The translations under genes and the position numbers were made by a program. Below, one piece after another: positions 28,213 to 37,427 of a stretch of 64,000 nucleotides of DNA (the first letter of the stretch is position 1; each line of letters opens with the position of its first letter). Below the pieces are notes generated by a model that saw only the letters and a program-made list of their open reading frames with translations, had not been told where the DNA came from and did no database searches. The DNA lies in NCBI GenBank assembly GCA_963790825.1, contig CAWBPM010000002.1:551159-615158 (forward strand), read 5' to 3'. This DNA comes from Candidatus Levyibacteriota bacterium (GTDB lineage: Bacteria > Patescibacteriota > Microgenomatia > Levybacterales > UBA12049).

Positions 28213-28257
28213 CCGCTAATTATAACATCTTATTAATAAAGGCTCTGACAAAGTAGT

Positions 28258-28980
28258 TTATACTCCGGAGACGTGGAAGATTCGTCCGATACTGTAGGTT
28301 ATAACCATTGCCAGCGCTCCGCCTAATACTACGCGAACTGTTGCCCGAATTTTGTTGGCACCGCCTATTTTTGCACTCAGCACTCCGGTGATTGCGAGCG
28401 CGATAATGACCGAAATAAATGCAACGGGAACACGCATTGTCTCTGGGGGGGTCAATATAGCAATAAGTGGAATCATTGCACCGGTCAGAAATGACGCGGC
28501 AGACGCCAGGGCAGCATGCCAGGGATTTGTGAGATCATGCGGATCTATGCCAAGTTCCGCATCAAAATGTGCAGTATACGGATCATGTGCCGTCAGTTCT
28601 TTCGCAACAATCATTGCCGTATCCTTTTTTAAACCCTTAGTTTCATAGATTAAAGCCAATTCTCTAAGTTCCTCTTCCGGATATTCTTTAAGTTCCAAGC
28701 GTTCTTTTTTAAGTAACGCTTTTTCGCTGTCTCTCTGACTGCTGACGGACACATACTCGCCCGCAGCCATCGAAATTGTACCTGCAATAATTCCGGCAAT
28801 ACCCGCAGTCAGAATAACTCCTTGAGAGCTTGTAGCGCCGGCGACTCCGACAACCAATCCAGCGATAGAAACGATACCGTCATCTGCTCCGAGTACTGCG
28901 GCTCGAAGCCAGTTAAGTCGATACTTATAACCCGGTGAATATAGTTCTATAGGAGACTGTTCTTGAGTAATATTTTGCAT
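28258..28980 (-). CDS. VIT1/CCC1 family Fe/Mn transporter
   Basis: LRAAVLGADDGIVS, SMAAGEYVSVSSQRD. Confidence 0.95.
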   Translation of the reverse strand: MQNITQEQSPIELYSPGYKYRLNWLRAAVLGADDGIVSIAGLVVGVAGATSSQGVILTAGIAGIIAGTISMAAGEYVSVSSQRDSEKALLKKERLELKEYPEEELRELALIYETKGLKKDTAMIVAKELTAHDPYTAHFDAELGIDPHDLTNPWHAALASAASFLTGAMIPLIAILTPPETMRVPVAFISVIIALAITGVLSAKIGGANKIRATVRVVLGGALAMVITYSIGRIFHVSGV

Positions 28981-29084
28981 AATAAATAAGCTATCCTTAT
29001 TTTAGCAGATGTGTTTATGAACTGAAATAAGATTTTTGAAATCGTTTCTCGTTTATTCAGCCTTTTTTCAGTATGGTATACTAC

Positions 29085-29267
29085 CCTGATCAGTACACGA
29101 CCCGCCAAAGCTTACCCCGATTAAATCGGAGAACACTTGAGCGGCGGGCAAGGAAGGAGGCTTGCCCCTCCGTAGCCTGTACCTAAAACAGGAAATTATT
29201 TAATAGATAATTTAGGAGCGAAATCATCCATCGCTAAAGATTTGGGTGGCGAAGGGGGGTGAAATTA
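29085..29267 (+). promoter_or_regulatory. Structured 5' leader, candidate cis-regulatory RNA
   Basis: Follows an extended -10 (TGGTATACT, about 29074-29082); several GC-rich helices, one pairing with the SD GGGGGG at 29254-29259. Confidence 0.55.
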
Positions 29268-29867
29268 ATGAAAACACAGAAATTATTAGTACCTTTTTTT
29301 GCGATTGTCTTGGTTAGTGGAATGTTTTTTGTAGCTCCAACAGCGTATGCTCAAACGACAAATTCCACCTCTCATGGAAATTTTTTCCAAGGGTTAATCC
29401 AATATATCGCGCAAAAATTTGGTCTTGATAAAACGCAGGTACAATCAGCGGTAAATAGTTATCAAGCGCAGAACAAAGCAAATATCACACCGCGTCCGAC
29501 ATTGACCACGCAGCAAATACAAGACAATGATAAAAGTAGACTCGATAAGCTTGTTACGCAGGGTAAAATAACACCATCACAAGAACAAGCCATTCTGGGT
29601 GAGCTGTCTTCTCTTCGCTCAAAATATAATTTGAGCAATATGCAGAGTCTAACTCCGCAAGAAAGACAATCACAATTCCAATCAATGCAAAACGACATAA
29701 AGACTTGGGCAACCACACAAGGAATTAATCCATCGTATGTCATGATGTTTGGTATGGGTGGTCCTCGAGGACGAGGAATGCGAGGACCGGGCGGACATTA
29801 CGGAGGTTGGGGTATGAAACCAACAGCAACTCCCAGCGCGACCGCTACGCCAACACCACAACAATAG
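29268..29867 (+). CDS. Exported Gln-rich helical protein (DUF2680/YckD-like segment)
   Basis: Signal peptide ending AYA; IAQKFGL, RLDKLVTQGKIT..Q; Gly/Arg/Met-rich and PT tail. Confidence 0.75.
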   Translation: MKTQKLLVPFFAIVLVSGMFFVAPTAYAQTTNSTSHGNFFQGLIQYIAQKFGLDKTQVQSAVNSYQAQNKANITPRPTLTTQQIQDNDKSRLDKLVTQGKITPSQEQAILGELSSLRSKYNLSNMQSLTPQERQSQFQSMQNDIKTWATTQGINPSYVMMFGMGGPRGRGMRGPGGHYGGWGMKPTATPSATATPTPQQ

Positions 29868-29882
29868 TTGTTGGGATTCTTA

Positions 29883-29914
29883 AAAGAAACGCTCTTTTTA
29901 TAGAGCGTTTCTTT
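29883..29914. terminator. Intrinsic terminator-like hairpin
   Basis: AAAGAAACGCTCT-6 nt-AGAGCGTTTCTTT perfect stem. Confidence 0.75.
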
Positions 29915-29994
29915 GTATGTATATTGAGGTTGGATACTTAACATCGTACCTGGCAACCTTGACAATCTGCTTCATTGATGAGTAAATAAATTAT

Positions 29995-31227
29995 GTGAGA
30001 GATGTTTTTTCTTCGAAACGAACCATATTTCTTATCGGAGGAATTCTTCTTGTTCTTATCATAATTCCCTTTGGAATATATTTTTTTCTACCAAAGATAC
30101 AAGAGGCAACATATCGCGCCGATACAGGCAGAACAGGTTTTTATCAGACGACACCGCTAGTCTCTACGCCTTCACTAAAGTGGAAAATTCCTCATAATAT
30201 GATAATCCTGGATTTCGAACAAACCGATCCGCTTTCATTTGGAAACTATATCTATGCCCCATTTAAAAATAAAAACAGCCAATGTAGTGATTTTTTTGCG
30301 TTTGATAAACAATCACATGAGGAAAAATGGGCACTATTTGGAACGAATGACTGGTGCTCCAATCCAACAACTACGCCGATGATAAGTAAAGGAACTTTTG
30401 TCTATATGGATTTTCAAACTCTCTTCGTTATAGATATGAATTCGGGAAAAGAAAAATGGAAAGTGTACTTAAATGAACCGCGGTCTTCGCCAATCATTAA
30501 AAATAATGCCGTATTTATTCTAGCCGATGACGGACTCAGTCTTTATTCATTTGACCTCACAACTGGTAAGCAAAACTGGGAAACGCAGATATCCGGAAAT
30601 TATTTTACTGAAAAACAAATAGCAGCTTCCGATAAATCCATCTTTGTACTGGGTGTATCAGTGCAGAACGCAGATAATTTGAATTATCGTATCAGTGGCA
30701 ATATCTATATTCTTGATCTTGCGACAGGAGTAATAAAACATAAGATAAATTCAGGATACATTACAAGAAATTTCAATCAACAATTAATCTCTCCCGGTAA
30801 TCCATTTTATATGGATGGTATAGTTTATTTCAGGATCAACGATGCATTATTTGCGTACGATGAAAATACAGGTAAAAAAGTTGGTGCGGTACAAATAACA
30901 AGTATGTTACAACAAATTATTGTCGATCCCGCAGCTGTAAATAAGATAATTTATGCCGGTGGATTCGGTAATAGGTTCTTCGCAATTGATCAGCTTTTGA
31001 CAAAGCGCCTGTGGACTGTTGATTTGGGTGCTCCAATAATAGTTTCGCCGGTAATAGCAGGTAATTATATTTATACCGCAACTGCTAAAGAAGTCCTTGC
31101 TCTCAGTAGAACAGACGGACATGTAGCTTGGCGTTATCCGGTTAACGAAAAAATTGAGTCGCAACTGCTTATTAATGATGGTAGTCTCTATTTTCTAGGA
31201 GAAAATAATTTTTACGCGCTGCACTAA
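29995..31227 (+). CDS. Membrane-anchored PQQ-like beta-propeller protein
   Basis: YRAD..RTG, repeated D..tG..kW blades. Confidence 0.85.
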   Translation: MRDVFSSKRTIFLIGGILLVLIIIPFGIYFFLPKIQEATYRADTGRTGFYQTTPLVSTPSLKWKIPHNMIILDFEQTDPLSFGNYIYAPFKNKNSQCSDFFAFDKQSHEEKWALFGTNDWCSNPTTTPMISKGTFVYMDFQTLFVIDMNSGKEKWKVYLNEPRSSPIIKNNAVFILADDGLSLYSFDLTTGKQNWETQISGNYFTEKQIAASDKSIFVLGVSVQNADNLNYRISGNIYILDLATGVIKHKINSGYITRNFNQQLISPGNPFYMDGIVYFRINDALFAYDENTGKKVGAVQITSMLQQIIVDPAAVNKIIYAGGFGNRFFAIDQLLTKRLWTVDLGAPIIVSPVIAGNYIYTATAKEVLALSRTDGHVAWRYPVNEKIESQLLINDGSLYFLGENNFYALH

Positions 31228-31357
31228 TATTAAATCGATTTTGTTAGTATTCTCCTCTTTTTCACTATGAATTTTTCTTTAGGGATTTTGCAAAGACAAA
31301 CATAAAGTTTAGCCAAAGCTTTTGTGGATTGACACGGAGAATCTTATAATCTCGACT

Positions 31358-32044
31358 TTAACATTTGAGCGCGGCACGGCATGCTGCTTGAGCATTCGCC
31401 GGAAGATTGGAACATTGTCCGCAGGCAGCACTATTGCCGGGCATCACGGTAGCAGAACTAGCACCGGCACCATTGCTTTTCATTACTCCCTGCATCATCG
31501 ATGTATAATCGGTAAAAGTCACAGTTGATGGAAGTGTAAATTCCGATTTGTCAACCGTCCAAGGATTACATGTATAATCAACTTGCTTTTGCATATCAAG
31601 CGTCTGGGACTTGAGTCCTGCCTCGTTGCTACTCATTTGGCTGATAACATCAAGCGCCATTTTATAGCCTTTTGTATTTCCTTCTGTCCAGAAATAGATA
31701 TATTTCCCATCGGTAATCATATGCGATTTCGTCAAATTACTATTGGTACTATTGCTTTGAGACAAAAAATCTCCTCTTACATTACCGCTGCCTGTATAGA
31801 CAGTTCCAGAGCCACCTGTTTTTTTATCGGAAAATGTACATTGCTGGTTACCGGTGACAGACAAAAGGTCCAGAAGAGATTTTCTTAGCGTAGTTAGTTT
31901 CGAACCTTGGGTTGGAGAAGCCGTATTCTTTGTTACCGGCTTAGGTGTCGCTGTATGTGACCGGCTCAAATAGAAAACTCCGCCACCGACAAGAAGCAAT
32001 AAGATGATAATAATACCAGTAGCGACAAGAAGTTTTTTACTCAT
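31358..32044 (-). CDS. Exported/membrane-anchored protein
   Basis: N-terminal TM; QCTF, VRGDF, YFW, YTCNPWTVD.S.F.LP; C-terminal CxxC...C....C. Confidence 0.75.
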   Translation of the reverse strand: MSKKLLVATGIIIILLLLVGGGVFYLSRSHTATPKPVTKNTASPTQGSKLTTLRKSLLDLLSVTGNQQCTFSDKKTGGSGTVYTGSGNVRGDFLSQSNSTNSNLTKSHMITDGKYIYFWTEGNTKGYKMALDVISQMSSNEAGLKSQTLDMQKQVDYTCNPWTVDKSEFTLPSTVTFTDYTSMMQGVMKSNGAGASSATVMPGNSAACGQCSNLPANAQAACRAALKC

Positions 32045-32117
32045 CAACGGAATTATAGAGCAAAAAATTTAAAAATGCAAAGGGTAAATTTTAGGTTTTA
32101 TACAACTCCAGTTTTTT

Positions 32118-34517
32118 TTATTCCTGGGCGATAAACCAGGGTTTTAATTGCTCCAAACTTGCCAGTGACGATGATTTGCTGTAAAACCTCTCATATAACT
32201 TCAGCGGATTTTCTATCTCTTCTGGTGTAGGTTTAGGACTGACATGAAAGACTACCCACGTCACCAAATCTCGTTTTTCTCCAGTTAACGGATCAACTAC
32301 TTGAACTCTCTTACTCTCAAATCGTTTTGGTAGCGATCCAATCTTCGTTTCAGAAGCCCGGTAAGAATTTTGTCTGGTTTGTGCCAATTCTTGCTTGATC
32401 CAAACCATCGCCTCATTGTCAGACTTTCTCTCAACAGTCTCTTGGTAGAGATGAATCGCGCTATTGTATTCTTGTCCTCCTCTCACCCAAGCAGTATGCA
32501 GTTCTACAGGCCGAGGCGTGAAGTTTGTGCCTTTTGATACTGCGGTTATTAAATGCTGGTCGCTTTGTACTCTCGGTAGGCTTCTTAATTTTGGTTTTGT
32601 CGGTTTTATTTTCTGCCCACCGGTTTGCGTGTCTTCATCTTCCTCTACGTCTTTCGTAAAATCCGCAACAATATGTTTCTTACCCTGTTGCTTCACCATG
32701 CTCTCTTTTTCTACCTGTACGGTTAAATCCCGGAATGCTAATACTGCGATATGATTCAATATTGAATACAACCCGGGAATTTCCGTCTCAACCGGAGCTT
32801 TCAATAGCAATTTTCCATGTTCATCTAATCTTCCGACTAATTTTATCGGCGATTCCCCAACCTCAAATATAATATTCGTTCTCCAATCTTTTAGCTCTCC
32901 GGTCGTGTTAAACGAAATCGATTCAACGCCCATAATATCCGGTACACTATTCTCGGAGAACGTAATCGTATTTACTCCTTCCATCATTGGCAGATAATGC
33001 ATACCTTCTTTTTCAAACAGTTCCCATGCTTTTTGTTTAATAGTGTCTAAGTCTGCTTGTCTCGCATTTAGTCGTTTTAAAAATTCTTCCCCACAATTTT
33101 TGGTAAAGATATCTTTAATAGCATTGAGATGATCTTGTTCAAAAGACCCTTTCCGTACCTCTTTTTCTCCCTCATCAATTATCGGCAAATAACTGTCAGC
33201 TATACCATATTTCTGAACCCGTTTTCGAAGAAGTGGGAACATTACTTCTTGCAGATATTGTCGTCCGACCTCGTCGGTATACAGAAAACTCCCATCATAT
33301 TCTGGTTGCTTTATATACCAGCTAAACGCCGCTGGGGAAAAAACATGTCGATCTGTTAGTTCTTGCTTCGTTACTCCGGGAATAAGTAAATCTCTAGATT
33401 GCGGTTTAGCGGTATTTTCAATGATAGTAGAAATAATGAGATATGGAGTAATGTTAGGAGAAACTGTCAGAAATGCTTTAATGTTTTTTTGTATTTCAGG
33501 ATCTTCTTCCGAAACAATAAGTGCGGCAAGTTTCTCCTGAAAATCTGTAGCGTTGAGTAAAAATTTCTGATTTTTAAGAACAGCTGGATCTGTATTTTTT
33601 TCCGCAAAGTTATCGACCGATAAAAACATCACTGTTAATGCCGACAGGTTTCCAGACTGCCACCAGGTATTGGCATGGTCTTTATCTGTATAAATAGCCG
33701 TCATATACTCCATCCATGCCAGAATATTTTCCAACGATAACGGAAACGGCATTTGTTCTAAATCGGCGAACGCTTTCCCGGCAAATTCCCTCTGAACAAA
33801 TGGTTTAATACCCTGAAACTCACGCGTTGGTTCAGTCTTTAATTTGCTAATCATCTGATCTTTTATCTCCGGACTTATGTCACCCTGCCGATAAGAAACA
33901 AATACTGGTTTTAATTCATACCACCAGTCCCAATATTTTTTATCTTCTTGCATCCTTTTTTCTCTATGCATTGGATCTTCAGACGGATCACTGTAGGAGA
34001 CACGGACATTTGTGCCTCCCTGTATGGCTCTTTCATGTACATATTTTGCTGCTCTTATGACAGTTCCATATGCAGCATTGACTACTGGCGAAGCACCAAT
34101 CTGTCTATTAACCAGCCGGTCATTCGCTTTTGCTATACGATCTTCCTCTGGGAAGATTTCTCGATCTTGCTTTACTAAAGATGATAGGGTTTTAGTAATT
34201 GCAGGATTTATTCTGGCATTTTTACCGCCTTTATCTTGCGTATCATTAGCAGCAGTAGTCCAGATCCCACGTAGTCTTTCCAACTTATCTCGCATCTTAG
34301 CCGGATCTGCTTCGCTTCTGATGATGAGTAAACCGGTATCAATCGTCACAAATACCGGATCAAAAAACTCACTGACAGTCAATTCTCTCGTGAGTTCTCT
34401 CTGTGCTTTTCGTGCCGTTTTCGGATTATTTCCTAACGCCTCGGAGGTAAGGTGTGAAATATGGCTATAAAATATTTCTGGTTTTTCTCTATTATTTGCC
34501 TGTTGATCTTTGTTCAT
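32118..34517 (-). CDS. Large hypothetical protein (about 800 aa)
   Basis: Long ORF with no signal peptide or recognised domain. Confidence 0.75.
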   Translation of the reverse strand: MNKDQQANNREKPEIFYSHISHLTSEALGNNPKTARKAQRELTRELTVSEFFDPVFVTIDTGLLIIRSEADPAKMRDKLERLRGIWTTAANDTQDKGGKNARINPAITKTLSSLVKQDREIFPEEDRIAKANDRLVNRQIGASPVVNAAYGTVIRAAKYVHERAIQGGTNVRVSYSDPSEDPMHREKRMQEDKKYWDWWYELKPVFVSYRQGDISPEIKDQMISKLKTEPTREFQGIKPFVQREFAGKAFADLEQMPFPLSLENILAWMEYMTAIYTDKDHANTWWQSGNLSALTVMFLSVDNFAEKNTDPAVLKNQKFLLNATDFQEKLAALIVSEEDPEIQKNIKAFLTVSPNITPYLIISTIIENTAKPQSRDLLIPGVTKQELTDRHVFSPAAFSWYIKQPEYDGSFLYTDEVGRQYLQEVMFPLLRKRVQKYGIADSYLPIIDEGEKEVRKGSFEQDHLNAIKDIFTKNCGEEFLKRLNARQADLDTIKQKAWELFEKEGMHYLPMMEGVNTITFSENSVPDIMGVESISFNTTGELKDWRTNIIFEVGESPIKLVGRLDEHGKLLLKAPVETEIPGLYSILNHIAVLAFRDLTVQVEKESMVKQQGKKHIVADFTKDVEEDEDTQTGGQKIKPTKPKLRSLPRVQSDQHLITAVSKGTNFTPRPVELHTAWVRGGQEYNSAIHLYQETVERKSDNEAMVWIKQELAQTRQNSYRASETKIGSLPKRFESKRVQVVDPLTGEKRDLVTWVVFHVSPKPTPEEIENPLKLYERFYSKSSSLASLEQLKPWFIAQE

Positions 34518-34568
34518 CAAGAAAGATGGTACTATAAGATGAATTAATAGTCAATCTAATTGGTAGGA

Positions 34569-34634
34569 TTACATTAAATTACGTTTTTTTAATTCTTCTA
34601 ATAATTTCCCTGTTGGTTTTCGGCAGGAGCAATT
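34569..34634 (-). pseudogene. Remnant resembling a GmhB/HisB HAD-phosphatase segment
   Basis: NCSCRKPTGKLLEELKKRNLM* contains the CxCRKP motif. Confidence 0.4.
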
Positions 34635-34713
34635 TTTCAAATGACTTACATGCCAATTAATCCTCTCCTCCGGTGTTGGATTTTTCGGCATTATGTTTAT
34701 CATGTGCCATGCT

Positions 34714-35205
34714 TTATTTATCTTCATAAGCTTGGGTATTCGAATAAACCTGTAGTTGCTGGGCCCATTTTTTTGCCCTTTCCAGCTCGCCGTTAGACAG
34801 TGGACCTTCTTTCCCCTTGACGAAGAATTTTTCAGGAATTACAACCGATACTCCACCGAGTTGGATAAGCTTTTTATTAATTTTACCGGCAGCATCGCCT
34901 GCAAAAAAGAATTTAACTCTTGTATCGAAAGACGCAACTTGAATTCCGTTCAAAGAACAGTCAGGCAAAGACTCGAGAAATGCGATCATGGATTTAGAAG
35001 GACGCCGACCATGTATCGGACAACCTGCTATTAAAAGCGTAACTTCTTTAAGTATCTTATCGGTAAAGTCTTGAACGCGCACAGTTTTACCGTTCAGACT
35101 TTGAGCAATCGCTTCCGCGATTTCTTTCGTATTTCCAAATTGAGAATCATACACAACTAAAACCATCTGATATCTTCTTTCCATTAAAATATAATCTACC
35201 TTCAC
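34714..35205 (-). CDS. Flavodoxin family protein
   Basis: VVYDSQFGNTKEIA, ASFDTR; true start probably downstream of 35205. Confidence 0.9.
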   Translation of the reverse strand: MKVDYILMERRYQMVLVVYDSQFGNTKEIAEAIAQSLNGKTVRVQDFTDKILKEVTLLIAGCPIHGRRPSKSMIAFLESLPDCSLNGIQVASFDTRVKFFFAGDAAGKINKKLIQLGGVSVVIPEKFFVKGKEGPLSNGELERAKKWAQQLQVYSNTQAYEDK

Positions 35206-35272
35206 TCTTTGTGTCTGTGATGTTTATCACTTTTAAAGTTAAGTTAGATTTAGAAAGCGCACCAAGTTCTGG

Positions 35273-35914
35273 CTAAATTATAGAAGCGGGTCTTCCGTCA
35301 AAAGATTTTGTAAGTTTAGACCAACTGCTACTTCCCGAAGTTTTAGCACTAATGCTGGGTACTGTTCCTGAAAATATCTTCCCGTCTCTGCTATCAATAG
35401 CAAATCCACCACCAGCTACGTCCGAGATACTGCGTACTTTAAATAACTCTGCTCCGTAAAGATCTATATCAAATGTCTTAAGCGCCCGCAGTAATCCAAG
35501 CGCCAGAAGACGGGAGCTGGGAGATTTTATTTGACCACCCCTCATAACAGCACGCACTTTTTTTCCTTCTCTTTTTAGCTCCTCTCTTGTTTTAACTGAA
35601 AAAATATCCTGAAGAATCGTCCCGACTTCTTCAGGCGAGTTGTAATCCTTAAAATGGGCTACTGCGGAAGTTTTTATGTCAGGAACATATAATCCGACAG
35701 CTATACAAAGATACATCCCGTAAGTTCCGATTATTGAAAAACGCGGACTGTCGCTACTCGTGATGCCATATGTACCATCCGGAATATCAATCGCCTGTTC
35801 CTTCAGACGCAATCTCTCGGCAAACGATAACTCTTCTCTAAATGGATTGGGTAAAGATAGTGCCCAATTTAAAAGTTTTCCGATGGACTTCACCCCCTCT
35901 TCTCTCTCCAGCAT
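35273..35914 (-). CDS. CheD/CNF1-like deamidase-fold protein
   Basis: T.G...CIAVGLY......AVAHF (Cys/His dyad), a.mrGG, FAIDSRDGKI. Confidence 0.6.
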   Translation of the reverse strand: MLEREEGVKSIGKLLNWALSLPNPFREELSFAERLRLKEQAIDIPDGTYGITSSDSPRFSIIGTYGMYLCIAVGLYVPDIKTSAVAHFKDYNSPEEVGTILQDIFSVKTREELKREGKKVRAVMRGGQIKSPSSRLLALGLLRALKTFDIDLYGAELFKVRSISDVAGGGFAIDSRDGKIFSGTVPSISAKTSGSSSWSKLTKSFDGRPASII

Positions 35915-35968
35915 AAATGGAATTATAGGGTAGGGAAAATAATTGTCAAGGATAGGAAGAGACCAGAA

Positions 35969-36181
35969 TCACTTTTTTTTACCATTTTTATTTTGCTGGA
36001 AAAAGAAAAGGTATATAAGCGGAAGAATTCCGACAGTGTTAAAAATAGACAAAGCAATAAACCAATAGAGCTGATTATTTCTCCCTGAACGCCAAAGACT
36101 GATGAACTTTAATACTGTATCAAAAACAAGGAGTGGTACAATCCAGAAAAAATTATGTACTAAAAATGGTGTCAGTACCAT
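35969..36181 (-). CDS. DUF5652 family membrane protein
   Basis: K...LWRS.RNNQ..WF....NTVGILP.IY. Confidence 0.9.
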   Translation of the reverse strand: MVLTPFLVHNFFWIVPLLVFDTVLKFISLWRSGRNNQLYWFIALSIFNTVGILPLIYLFFFQQNKNGKKK

Positions 36182-36251
36182 ATATCTATTATATCAGCAA
36201 TTATTAAACAAAAAAAGTGACTTGCGTCACAAAATACCGGAGTAAAAATAA

Positions 36252-37184
36252 CTACCAGAACCAAAATCTTTTCAGAGCGAATTGGTAAACCCGGTACGGT
36301 TTCGGTCCGACAAGCGCTTTACCGTTAATAAAAACAGTCGGTGTACCATATATTCCGGTTTTCCTAAGCATTTCAACTTGTTTATTGACTAATGCTTTTG
36401 TCTTTGGATTTGCAACGCAAGCATTTACTTTATTCATATCAAACCCATCTTTACTCATAAGACTTTGTGTGTACGCAGGATTTGCGACATCTTTTTTGCT
36501 TGAGGCAAAAAGCTGGTCATTAAGCTTCCAATATTTGTCCTGATTTTGCTGGTAAGCACAATCTATATAGCCGGTTAAGTACGTAGCCTGTACCTTGGTC
36601 GGAAAGTGAGCAAATATATAATTCACTTTATTATTCTTTAAAAACTCCTGAATGAGCGGATAAGCTTTTCTCGTATAATCACAGAGATAACAGCCTATCA
36701 CCACTACCGTATCTTTAGCATTTATCATACGCGCAGGAAATAGCGAGAGATCCATACCTTTTAATGTTACGTCTTTTTCAGTCGGCGGTTTTAAATAACA
36801 TTTGCTATCAATACTTGAAACCTGGTTATTCGCTCCTCTCGGATCAAATGCGCAAAATCCGGCTTGATTTAATCCATTACAACTTCCGTAGACGTAGTAG
36901 TTATATACCCCCCACACCATCCAAATCGTGCTGACAACCGAGACAATGAAAAATACCCAGGCGAGAAGTTCGAAATTTTTATTGACAATCCGGGCAGCCC
37001 AGACAGAACGAAGCAAGACTTTTCCGACCAACTCGGCTTTCATTTTTTCTTTAAAACCAGTATTGCATGGACGAAGTGTCACACGCCTGAAAACACACGC
37101 GAATGCTTCTTTCGCAAGTTTTCTATGCGTCACGCTGAAGAGCCCTAAAATCGAAAAAACGATAAGTGCTAATAAACAAAACAT
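36252..37184 (-). CDS. Membrane-bound DsbA/thioredoxin-like protein
   Basis: CYLC active-site-like motif, HFP, GI.GTPTVFING. Confidence 0.8.
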   Translation of the reverse strand: MFCLLALIVFSILGLFSVTHRKLAKEAFACVFRRVTLRPCNTGFKEKMKAELVGKVLLRSVWAARIVNKNFELLAWVFFIVSVVSTIWMVWGVYNYYVYGSCNGLNQAGFCAFDPRGANNQVSSIDSKCYLKPPTEKDVTLKGMDLSLFPARMINAKDTVVVIGCYLCDYTRKAYPLIQEFLKNNKVNYIFAHFPTKVQATYLTGYIDCAYQQNQDKYWKLNDQLFASSKKDVANPAYTQSLMSKDGFDMNKVNACVANPKTKALVNKQVEMLRKTGIYGTPTVFINGKALVGPKPYRVYQFALKRFWFW

Positions 37185-37192
37185 AGTAATAA

Positions 37193-37237
37193 AAAATTAA
37201 AAGTCAAAAATCAAATATCAAAAGTATAATTAAAAAC
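37193..37237. repeat. Heptamer tandem repeat (AAARTCA type)
   Basis: AAAATTA AAAGTCA AAAATCA AATATCA AAAGTAT. Confidence 0.55.
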
Positions 37238-37427
37238 TATTTCTTGAGTTTGATTAGTGTTTTTTCGCAATGACGAATGCTACCTACAAGTAAGTATAAT
37301 AAAACAAAGGTACGAGTTATCTAGGTACCAAGGTTTTTATATAATTAAATGGTATGGTCATAAGAAAAAATACTAAACAAACAACAAGAATAAAAACTTG
37401 TTACGAGCTATAAATTATATAACTTTT

